Assembly: GCF_044704955.1 (NCBI RefSeq)
Contig: NC_091997.1
Coordinates: 42,222,001-42,286,000, forward strand
DNA from: Pristiophorus japonicus
Taxonomy: Eukaryota
Direction of reading: 5' to 3'
DNA: 64,000 nucleotides
Both the position numbers and the translations under genes were made by a program. Below, one piece after another: positions 38,749 to 49,495 of the stretch (positions within the stretch are counted from its first letter, which is position 1; every line of letters starts with the position of its first letter). The notes under the pieces are model-generated. The model did no database searches and was not told where the DNA came from. It saw nothing but the letters and a program-made list of their open reading frames with translations.

Positions 38749-41700
38749 ATGGCTTTGGCGAGTGTTTGGAGATGTTGCATTGCGTTGGTCTTGTTGCTCG
38801 GGACCCTGAGTCTGGGCTGTGAGAGGCTGCAGTTACAGCAAGTTCTCAACACTCGCACTCTGAGCAAACTGAATGAAATGGTGAGTTTAACCTGCATCCC
38901 GAGCCGGATCCGAACCACATAGGGGCTGTTTGTTGTGAAAAGTCAGATGTGGGGAGATAGTTTGGGGTTTTATAACGTTATCAAATTAAAAGTCACTGAT
39001 GCTCCAGTATTGCTCTATCTCGGGTTGTCAGTACCAGCGATTATCTTCTGTCTCAGGGCGGTCGCATCTCCTGACAGTGTGTAAGAGAGACTCTCGCTGA
39101 AAACCAAGCCCTTGAATCTGGTGAAACTTTCGGAGGGATTGCCGGTGAGTGTTGTTTTATTTTATTCAAACTTGAATTTTATCGAAAGTATGAGTAAGTT
39201 CAACATCCTGGCCAGAACTTTAATCAGGAAATTAAAATCCACAGTTGGCCACCCATTGATGTGAACATGGAAGGAGAACTATCTCACTCTCTCCAACTAT
39301 GTCACTCTCTCTAACTATCTAATTCGTAAACTCGCTCATTTACTGTCACTGTCATTCTCTCTAATTATTTAATTCACTCAAACTATCTCACTCACTCTAA
39401 CTATCAAACTCCCTCTAACTATCCCAATCTCACTACCTCACTCTATCTCACTCCCATTAATTATCTTATTCCATCTAATCATCTCACGCCTCTCGTCACT
39501 TAACCCAGCATAATCTGCTTGCTCCCATAACAAACTGCTTCCCAGTCACTGTCTCACTTCCTCTTATCATTTCACCACCTCCAGCTCACTCAATGTAACC
39601 CATCTCACGCCTTCATTTCACGCCCTCTAATTATCTGACTAACTGAAATCTTCTCAACACCTCTAATCATCTTGTACCTGATGTCTATCTTAATCCCTGT
39701 AACCAACTGCCTCCCTCTAACCTTCTCACTCCGGAGCTATGGTGATAATTGTGAGGTTTGCCCCATCCCGGGCTAGTTAAATCATAGAGTCATGTAATGA
39801 TCCCGCACAAAGGGCGGTCATTATGCCCATCGCGCCTATGTGACCTTATTGCAGCAGCTTTCCAATTAATCCCACTAACCTGCTCACTCCTCAGAGCCAT
39901 GTACATATTTCCCATTCAACTATTAAATCAAAGAAGCATATAATGATCCAGCACAATATGAGGCCATGCGGCCCATCGTTCCTGTGACAGTTCTTTGAAA
40001 GAGCTATAACAGTTACCCCACACCCCTGCTGTTTCCCAATAACCCTGCACAGTTTTCCCATTGAATTATTTATCCAAATTCGTTTTGAAAATTATTGAAT
40101 GTGCTTCCACCAGCCTTTCAGACAGTTTATTGCAGATCTAACTAATCGCTGTGTAAAGAAACTATCCGTCATCACACCTCCAATTCTTTTGCCAATTACC
40201 AACTATGCCCTCTTGTTACTAATTCTTCTCCCACTAGAAGCAGTTTTCTTTATTTAGCCTATCACTCATCATCATCGGCAGCCCCTCGAACGAGGATGAC
40301 TTGCTTCCACATGTGTGCACAGATGTTTCAATGAAGAACCCGATGTTCCAGTCCTGAACTCCAATTGAAGGGGTGGAAGAGGATTGTGCGTGGATTTTTT
40401 AACGTGTGATGACCGTTGCACATCAGCCACCACACGGGCTTGACAGAGCCTTTATCTAGTGACAATGGTTAACCAGGATGACTGAAGACCTGCTCTGCTG
40501 CACGGACCTAGTGCGCACACATATCGTAGTGTGGGCTGGCCAGTGCTGCCCCTGGGCCTCGGCTTTTCTGGGCCCTGTACCCTCATTTGCCGCACCTCCG
40601 CCACTTCTCACTGCTCCTGTGCCACGATCTCTCGCCGCTCCTCTGCCACAAACATTAACTGCACTTCCGTTACGATCTCAGCATTCCTCCGCCATGATCT
40701 CTCGCCACTCCTCTTGCCACAAACATTCGCCGCACCTCCGCCACGATCTCTCACCGTTCCTTCATTACGATCTCTCACCGCTTCTCTGTCACAAAAACAT
40801 TTGCAGCACCTCCGCCACAATCTCTCATGGTTCATCCACCCCTACCTTCCCGCTCCTCCAGTGTACCTGCGCCCCGCCGATGTTCCTGCCCACCATATCA
40901 CTATTCAACCGTCATCAACTCTCTCCGTTACTGCATCAAAGAACTCAATCAAGTTAATCAAACATAATTTGCCTTTAACGAATACGTTCTACCTGTCATC
41001 TATTAGCCAATTTTCTCAAATTGAGAATTAATTATGGATTGATTTATTGTCTCGAATACATATCCGATTCCCCAGTGTTAAACTGACGGGGCTGTATTTG
41101 CTGGGTTTTTGAAGTCTCGTTTTAAACCCTATAGCTTTAATCGTCCAGGGAGAAGTAGATTTGCAGCCCCTTCCTTTCCCTCGAGGGATTGTGCCTAGAG
41201 TGCATCCAAACTATGCCCACCATGAAGGCCTCCCATTGCTGATTTAAAGATTTACCTGCAAATCTTTGATTAAAATCCACATGGGCCAGAACCTCTTTCT
41301 GGGTTCTGAAATTAGCCTCCTCCAGTTTAATATTTTCACCTGTCATTGTTGCTGGTCCTTTCCCGTAAATACTCTAAACCTAAATGGGAACAGGTCCGTT
41401 CTAATGACATTCTATTTTGCACAGAGCCAGGACAGGATCCAGATTGTCCATCAAACACTGCGTCACCTCACGAAGATCTACAGCATGAACCTGGGCTTAG
41501 TCGCATGGCCCCGGGATAAGGTGGAAACCTTCCGTCTTCTCCTGGATGGGCAGCTCGGGGAACTGGAAGAATGTATCCGGAAACCGGGCTCAGTCTCCAG
41601 GCCAAGGAGAAACGCCTCCATTCACAAATACTTTAAGAAACTGAGAAAGTTTCTCAAACAGAAGGTGGGACAATTGATATTTGACTGTGTGATTACTGAC

Positions 41701-41883
41701 ATGTAGCTCATTTCACCCCATTTAAATCTGTTCATTCTCCAATGGATTTTCATGAATATTTCTCTTTTGCAGAGATTCAGTTACTGCGCCTGGGAAATAA
41801 TCCGGGCTGAGACGAGGGCCCGTTTACAGCAGATCCTTTTCATCACGGCAAAAATCAGAAGAGAAATTCAAGATTTTCCATAG
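38749..41883 (+). pseudogene. Type I interferon subtype B copy 2, probable pseudogene; exons 38749-38880, 39057-39144, 41425-41664, 41773-41883
   Basis: Paralog of B1. Exon 2 has CGA>TGA at 39072-39074 and a 2-nt deletion in the (AG)n run (88 nt versus 90). Exons 1, 3 and 4 and all splice sites are intact. Confidence 0.88.
40266..40895 (-). mobile_element. Bipartite RTE-derived element, duplicated copy in IFN-B2 intron 2
   Basis: Same insertion site and sequence as 7486-8117. Confidence 0.78.
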
Positions 41884-42403
41884 AGGTGTTTAATTATGAC
41901 AACCATAATTATTTATCTTAAAATTATTGAATTTTATAAAATAGTTACATTCCAAAGACATGTTTAGTACAGACTGGGAATGATTAATATTTATTTAAAT
42001 TATCTTCTACTTATAAAAGAATCATTATATTTTTACAGACATTATATTGCATTGCAGCTAAGTGACTGATGTAGAACAAGAAATATCTTGATCTTGTTCA
42101 ATATTTAATAATTTATTTTAATTTATTGATATTTATTACTGAGTATATTTTCCTGTGACGAAATGTTAAATGTTTCACTGGGGCGAGTCTGAGGAAAATG
42201 CTGTATCTGTCCCGTCCTTTATGGACTGGCAGCTGCTACAATGAAAAGTTTCATCTCAGGTTTGCTCTGTTGGGCACTTTATTCCACTTGCTGGTTTTCC
42301 AGTGTCAGCTCTGTGTACTGGCCCACCCGGATCATACTACTGTTACTCTTCATCTCACCTGAACTGAGTCAGTTTTATTGTCCTGATATCTTCATACAAT
42401 AAA
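41884..42403 (+). promoter_or_regulatory. IFN-B2 3' UTR with AU-rich elements and a polyA signal
   Basis: Near-identical to the B1 UTR; AATAAA at 42398-42403. Confidence 0.55.
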
Positions 42404-42586
42404 ATGCTACAGTTTTTACACAAAATGCTATTTATTTCTCATGCCTATAAATGCATTTGGTGTTGCCATTTTTATTATAAACACATTTGATTCTCTCGCC
42501 CAATCAAATGCTCAAGCTCACAATCTACTGATTCCATCATTCAGCAGCATTAATGCGTCCCTTCTGTAACTCAATATCTCTGATTG

Positions 42587-43120
42587 TTTTAGAGAGTGGG
42601 AGGGGGGAGATGGGGGGTGGCAAGTTGCCGAGAGATGGTGGGAGTTGTTTGGAGCAGATGTTATCTTAGACCCTAATAGGGGCTCTAAGCAAGTAAACAC
42701 AAACCCTTACCCCTTACCCATTCCCAAACCTGCGAGTCCAACGAGCTCGGGCCATTCTGGCCTACCGAAGACTTCCTACCACATCACCCATCGACGACCT
42801 CCGACGGCCTCCGGTGAGTCCCAAGAGTTCGGGCCATACGGGCCTACCGCAGGCTCCCATCACATCACCCATTGACATCCCCTGGCGACCTCCGACAACC
42901 TCCGACGTCTCCCGGCGACATCCAGCGACCTCCGACATCCCCCGTCGACCTCTGACGACCTCCGATGTCCCTCGGTGATCTCCGGCGACCTCCCACGTCC
43001 AACGCCGACCTCCAACGACCTCCGGCGACTTCCAGCGTCCTCCGGCGAACTCAGACGCCCTCAGACGAACTCCGAAGGCGACGTCCTCATCCTGGACCAG
43101 ACTATTGGGCCTCCAACAAC
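42587..43120 (+). mobile_element. 5' remnant of the same RTE insertion in unit 2
   Basis: Follows ATCTCTGATTG (42576-42586); carries the GACCTCC repeat leader; truncated by the deletion junction. Confidence 0.82.
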
Positions 43121-43124
43121 CACT

Positions 43125-46100
43125 ATATGGGGAGATAGTTTGGAGTTTTATAACTGTATCAAATTAAAAGTCACTGGTTCTCCAGTATTGCTGTGTCTCA
43201 GGTTGTCAGTAACAGCGATTATTTTCTGTCTCAGGGTGGTCGCATCCCCCGACAGTGTGTAAGAGAGAGGCTCTCGCTGAAAACCAAGCCCTTGAATCTG
43301 GTGAAACTTTCGGAGGGATTATAGGTGAGTGTTGTTTTATTTTATTCAAACTCGAGTTTTATCGAAAGTATGAATATGTTCAACATCCGGGCTAGAACTT
43401 TAATCAGGGAATTTGATTCCAGTGTTGGCCGCCCATTGATGTGAAGATGGGAGGAGAACATTTCATTCGCTCTTTGTCACTCTCTCTATCTAAATCTCGC
43501 CAACTCTCTCATTCTCTTCAACTATGTCACTCTCTCGATCTCATTCATTAACTCGCTGATTTAGTTTCACTGTCACTCTCTCTAACTCAAACTATCTCTC
43601 TCACTCTAACTATCAAGCTCCCTCTAACTATCTCAATCTCACTACCTCACTTACTATCTCACTCCTTTTAACAATCTTATTCCATCTAATCATCTCACAC
43701 CCAGTATATTCACTTAATCCAGTAAAATCTGCTTGCTCCCATAGCAAACTGCTTCCCAGTCACTGTCTCACCACCTCTATCTCATTCATTGTAACCATCT
43801 CACTCCTTCATTTCACGCCCTCTAATTGTCTGACTCACTGAAATCTTCTCAACACATCTAATCATCTTGTACCTGGTGTCTATCTTAATCCCTGTAACCA
43901 TCTGCCTCCCTCTAACCTTCTCACTCCGGAGCTATGGTGATAATTGTGAGGTTTGCCCGATCCTGGGCTGGTTCAATCATGGAGTCATGTAATGATACCA
44001 CACAGAGGGCGGCCATTATGACGATCGTGCCTATGTGGCCTCATTGCAACAGCTTTCCAATTAACCCCACGAGCCTGCCCACTCCCCACAGCCGTGTACA
44101 TATTTCCTTTTCAGCTATTAAATTATAGAAACATATAATCATCCAGCACAATAGGAGGCCATACGGTCCATCGTTGCTGTGCCAGTTCTTTGAAAGCGCT
44201 ATAAAATTCATCCTATACCCCTGCTGTTTCCCAATAGCCCTGCACAGTTTTCCCTTTAAATTATTTATCCAACTTCTTTTTGAACGTTATTATTGAATCT
44301 GCTTCCACCAGTCTTTCAGACAGTTTATTGCAGAACTAACAAATCGCTGTGTAAAGAAACTATCCGTCATCACACCTCCAATTATTTTGCCAATTACCAT
44401 CCGTGCCTCTTGTTACTGATTCTTCTGCCACTTGAAGCACTGCTCTTTATTTAGACTATCACGATTCTACCGTCAACTACTCTCTCCATTACTTCATCAA
44501 AGAACTCAATCAAGTTAATCAACATGATTTGTCTTTAACAAATCCCTGCTAGCTGTCATTTATTAACCCATATTTCTCAAACTGACAGTTAATTATGTCT
44601 TGAATTATTGTCTCAAAAACTCATCCGACCCCCAGCGTTAAGCCAACTGGCCTGTAGTTTCTGGCATTTTGTTGTTTCCTTTTAAACCCTATATTTTTAA
44701 TCGTCCAGGGAGATCTAGATTTGCATGCCCTTCCTTTCCCCCTCGTGGGATTATATCTCGACTGCATCCAAACTATGTCCACTTTATATGAATATAAGAA
44801 CATAAGAAATAGGAGCAGGAGTAGGCCATTTGGCCCCTCGAGCCTGCTCCGCCATTTAATAATATCATGGCTGAACTGATCATGGACTCAGCTGTAATTC
44901 CCTGCCTGCTCCCGATAACCCTATACTCCCTTATTGCGCAAAAATCTGTCTATCTCCGCCTTAAATACATTCAATGACCCAGCCTCCATAGTTCTCTGTA
45001 TCAAAGAATTCCATAGATTTGCAACCCTCTGAGAGAAGAAATTTCTCCTTATCTCAGTTTTAAATGGGCGGCCACTTATTCTAAGACTGTGTCCCCTAGT
45101 TTTAGTTTCCCCTATGAGTGGAAATATCATCTCTGCATTCACCCGGTCGAGCCCGCTCATTATCTTATTTGTTTCAATAAGTTCACCTCTCATTCTTCTG
45201 AACTCCAATTTGTACAGGCCCAACATACTCAACCTATCATCATATGTCAACCCCCTCATCTTCAGAATCAACCTAATGAACCTTCTCTGAACATAGAAAC
45301 ATAGAAACATAGAAAATAGGTGCAGGAGTAGGCCATTCGGCCCTTCGAGCCTGCACCGTCATTCAATGAGTTCATGGTTGAACATGCAACTTCAGTACCC
45401 CATTCCTGCTTTCTCGCCATACCCCTTGATCCTCCTAGTAGTAAGGACCTCATCTAACTCCTTTTTGAATATATTTATTGAATTGGCCTCAACAACGTTC
45501 TGTGGTAGAGAATTCCACAGGTTCACCACCCTCTGGGTGAAGAAGTTTCTCCTCATCTTGGTCCTAAATGGCTTACCCCTTATCCTTAGACTTTGACCCC
45601 TGGTTCTGGACTTCCCCAACATTGGGAACATTCTTCCTGCATCTAACCTGTCTAAACCCGTCAGAATTTTAAATGTTTCTGTGAGATCCCTTCTCATTCT
45701 TCTGAACTCCAGTGAATACAAGCCCAGTTGATCCAGTCTTTCTTGATAGGTCAGTCCCGCCATCCAGGGAATCAGTCTGGTGAACCTTCGCTACACTCCC
45801 TCAATAGCAAGAATGTCCTTCCTCAAGTTAGGAGACAAAAACTGTACACAATACTCGAGGTATGGCCTCACCAAGGCCCTGTACAACTGTAGTAACACCT
45901 CCCTGCCCCTGTACTCAAATCCCCTCGCTATGAAGGCCAACATGCCATTTGCTTTCTTAACCGCCTGCTGTACCTGCATGCCAACCTTCAATGACTGATG
46001 TACCATGACACCCAGGTCTCGTTGCACCTCCCCTTTTCCTAATCTGTCACCATTCAGATAAGAGTCTGTCTCTCTGTTTTGTAACCAAAGTGGATAACCT

Positions 46101-47630
46101 CATAGTTATCCACATTATACTTCATCTGCCATGCATTTGCCCACTTACCTAACCTATCCAAGTCACTCTGCAGCCTCATAGCTTCCTCCTCGCAGCTCAC
46201 ACTGCCACCCAACATAGTGTCATCCGCAAATTTGGAGATACTACGTTTAATCCCCTCGTCTAAATCATTAATGTACAATTAAACAGCCTCCAATGCAAGT
46301 ATATCCTTCCTTAGATACAGAGACAAAAACTGTACACAGTACTCCAGGTGTGGCCTCACCAATACCCTGTACAGTTGTAGCAGAACTTCTATGCTGTTAT
46401 GCTTTATCCCCCTTGCAATACCTGCATTACTTGCTGTACCTGCATACTCACTAATTGTTTTTCATGCACAAGGACCACCAGGTCTCTCTGTACTGCAGCA
46501 CTTTGCAATTTTTCTACATAATTTGCTTTTCTGTTCTTTCTTCGAAAGTGGATCACCTCATATGTTGCCACATTATACACCTTTGCCAAATTTTTGCCCA
46601 TTCACTGTGCCTATCTATATCCCTTTGCAGATTGTTTGTGTCCTCCATACAATTTGCTTTCCCACCCATCTTTGTATAATCAGCAAACTTAGCTACATTA
46701 CACTCGGTCCTTTCAGCCAAATCATTAATATAGATTGTAAATAGTTGTGGACTCAGCAACGATCCCTGCGGCATCGTCACTATTTGCCAACCGGAAAACT
46801 ACCCATTTATCCCGACTCTCTGTTTTCTGTGAGTGAGCCAATCCTCTATCCATGCTAATATATTATCCCCAACCCCAAGAGCTTTTATCTTGTGCAGTAA
46901 CCTCTTATGTGGCACCTTATCGAATGCCTTCTGGAAATCCAAATACAACACATCTCCTGGTTCCCTCTTATCCACCTTGCTCGTTAAATCTTTAACAAAA
47001 CCCAGCAAATTTCTCAGAAAGATTTCTCTCTTTGAAGGACTCCCATTGCTGATTTAGCATTTTACCTGTGAATCTTTGAATAAAATCCACATGGGCCAGA
47101 ACCTCTTTCTGGGTTCTGAAATTTTCCCTCCTCCAGTTGAGTAGTTTCACTTGGGACTGTTGCTTGTCCTTTCCCATAAATACTCTGAACCTATATGGGA
47201 ACAGATCCGCTCTAATGACATTCTATTTTGCACAGAGCAAGGACAGGATCTAGATTGTCCATCAAACACTGCGTCACCTCACCAAGATCTACTGCATGAA
47301 CCTGGGCTCAGTCGCATGGCCCCAGGACAAGGTGGAAACTTTCCGTCTTCTCCTGGATGGGCAGCTTGGGGAGCTGGAAGAATGTGTCCGGAAACCGGGC
47401 TCAGTCTCCAGGCCGAGGAGAAACGCCTCCATTCACAAATACTTTAAGAAACTGAGAAAGTTTCTCAAACAGAAGGTGGGACAATTGATATTTGACTGTG
47501 AATACTGACATGTAGCTCATTTCACCACATTTAAATCTGTTCATTTTTAATGGATTATCCTGAATATTTCTCTTTTGCAGAGGTTCAGTGACTGCGCCTG
47601 GGAAATAATCCACGCCGAGACCAGGGCCCA
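43125..47630 (+). pseudogene. Type I interferon subtype B copy 3, 5'-deleted pseudogene; exon 2 43235-43324, exon 3 47236-47475, truncated exon 4 from 47581
   Basis: Homology starts in mid-intron 1, with no promoter or exon 1. In-frame TAG at 43322-43324 and at 47251-47253. Exon 4 (RFSDCAWEIIHAETRA) loses homology at about 47630. Intron 2 is expanded by CR1 insertions. Confidence 0.9.
44788..47030 (-). mobile_element. CR1 insertion in IFN-B3 intron 2, with a second CR1 nested at about 45289-46280
   Basis: Two CR1 tails: (aacataag)n near 44795 and (aacataga)n near 45290. The host CR1 resumes at aacagcctccaatgc near 46282. Absent from the B1 and B2 introns. Confidence 0.85.
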
Positions 47631-48126
47631 TATACGTTTCTTGAAATGGAACAGAAAATGTTTTTTTAATGAATCTGTTTTCATTGATTTTAAATAAATC
47701 TACGTCAATAATTTCTGCCTCGCATGCTTTATGAAAACGTATTTATTTCTCCTGCCTGTAAATGCATTTGGTTTTGCCATTTTTATTATAAATACTTTTG
47801 ATTCTCTCACACACTCAAATGATCAAGCTCCCAATCTACTAATTCTGTCATTCAGCAGCATTAGTTTGGTCTTTCTATTCCTCAATATCTCTGATTGCCA
47901 CTTCCAACAGGATAAAGAGTGTCAGAGATTGGAGATTTGACTGCCCTGGTCATGGTCATCAGAGACATCCTTTGTCACAGAGACATTCTGCCCATCTTTG
48001 TCCTCCTTGACCTCTCTGGTGTGTGCTATATGATCTACAACTCCATCGTTTTTCACCATTTCTCCTCAGTGATTCACCTCTGTGGCACTCTCCTGGCTTG
48101 GCCCCGCTTCTACATGACCAATGCAC

Positions 48127-49495
48127 TTCCTAAAATGGCTTCTCTCTCCAGCCAAGTATAGTCACTTTGGGTATCCCTTAAGATACTTGCCCATTCTTTG
48201 TCTAAATGCTTCCCTTTGGTAACATCATTCTTTCACGTAGGGTCAACTTCCTTATGTGTGCTGTTGAACTTGGGCTATGGCCCTCCACCGTCGCCCTCAA
48301 TTCATGGGCCACCACTGTACCATCTGACAGTAAATGAAGGGTGAGCCAGAATTGTTCCCAACTCAGGACCAGCAAAGCCAAAGCCACCCTATTTAAATCA
48401 CACCAAAAACTCTATACCTGGTCCCAATTTCATCCGCCTCCCTGGCAGCTCACTCAGGCTGAATCCAAACATGTGACTTGTCTGTGATCTATTTGACCCC
48501 GAGTTCAACTTCAATCCCAAAATATTATCTCGCACAGGAATGCCTTTAGCATTGCAGCATAATTTCACTCTACTCCTAGCTCTTCTCCCGCCCCCACTCA
48601 CCATTGTCAATGAAACATGGCAGTCGGAAGATGGGAGTTCATGAGGCGAGTGACCAATAAAGGCCCAACAGTTCGAGGAGAGCAGCGGCAGTCGGGAGGC
48701 GGGAGTTCGTGAGGCGAGTGGCCTACAAAGGCCCAACAGTTCGAGGAGAGCAGCAGCAGTTGGGAGGTCAGCCGGTGCAGCTGCGGCTGGGAGAGAAGGC
48801 AAAAAGAAATAGAAAGAAATCGAAAGGAGACGTCACAGCCAAGAGGATAAGTGATTGGCTGGTGATTGGTGAGAAGATTTTCTTTTCTTTTCTTTATCAG
48901 TAAGTAATGTTTAGCATTATTGTTGCCAAATTAAGATAATCTAAAGGTAAAATCATGGCAGGAGAGCTCGGACACGTGTTATGCTCCTCCCATGCTATGT
49001 GGGAAGTCAGGGACGCTTCCAGTGTCCCTGACGACTACATGTGCGGGAAGTGCATCCACCTGCATCTCCTGACAGACCGAATTGAGGCTTTGCCACCCAT
49101 GGTGCCATGAACTTGGCTGCTGCTGCTCTTCCCTGATGAGTCATCCCCCTCAACAGTAACCAAAGAGGTGTATCTGTTTTGCAGGGTGATGAAATTGGGG
49201 CCAGGTATAGAGTTTTTGGTGTGATTTAAATAGGGTGGCTTTGGCTTTGCTGGTCCTGAGTTGGGAACAATTCTGGCTCACCATTCATTTACTGTCAGAT
49301 GGTACAGTGGTGGCCCATGAATTGAGGGCGATGGTGGAGGGCCATAGCCCAAGTTCAACAGCACACATAAGGAAGTTGACCCTACGTGAAAGAATGATGT
49401 TACCAAAGGGAAGCATTTAGACAAAGAAAGGGCAAGTATCTTAAGGGATACCCAAAGTGACTATACTTGGCTGGAGAGAGAAGCCATTTCAGGAA
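48127..49495. repeat. About 308-bp inverted repeat (arms 48127-48434 and 49188-49495)
   Basis: The arms are near-identical reverse complements; ORFs 48202-48387(-) and 49235-49420(+) translate almost identically. Confidence 0.9.

Larger units (their letters stand above)
33161..43120 (+). repeat. Segmental duplication, unit 2 (A2 + B2 + truncated RTE 5' end)
   Basis: Colinear copy of 1-10270 that ends abruptly at a deletion junction near 43120. Confidence 0.92.
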
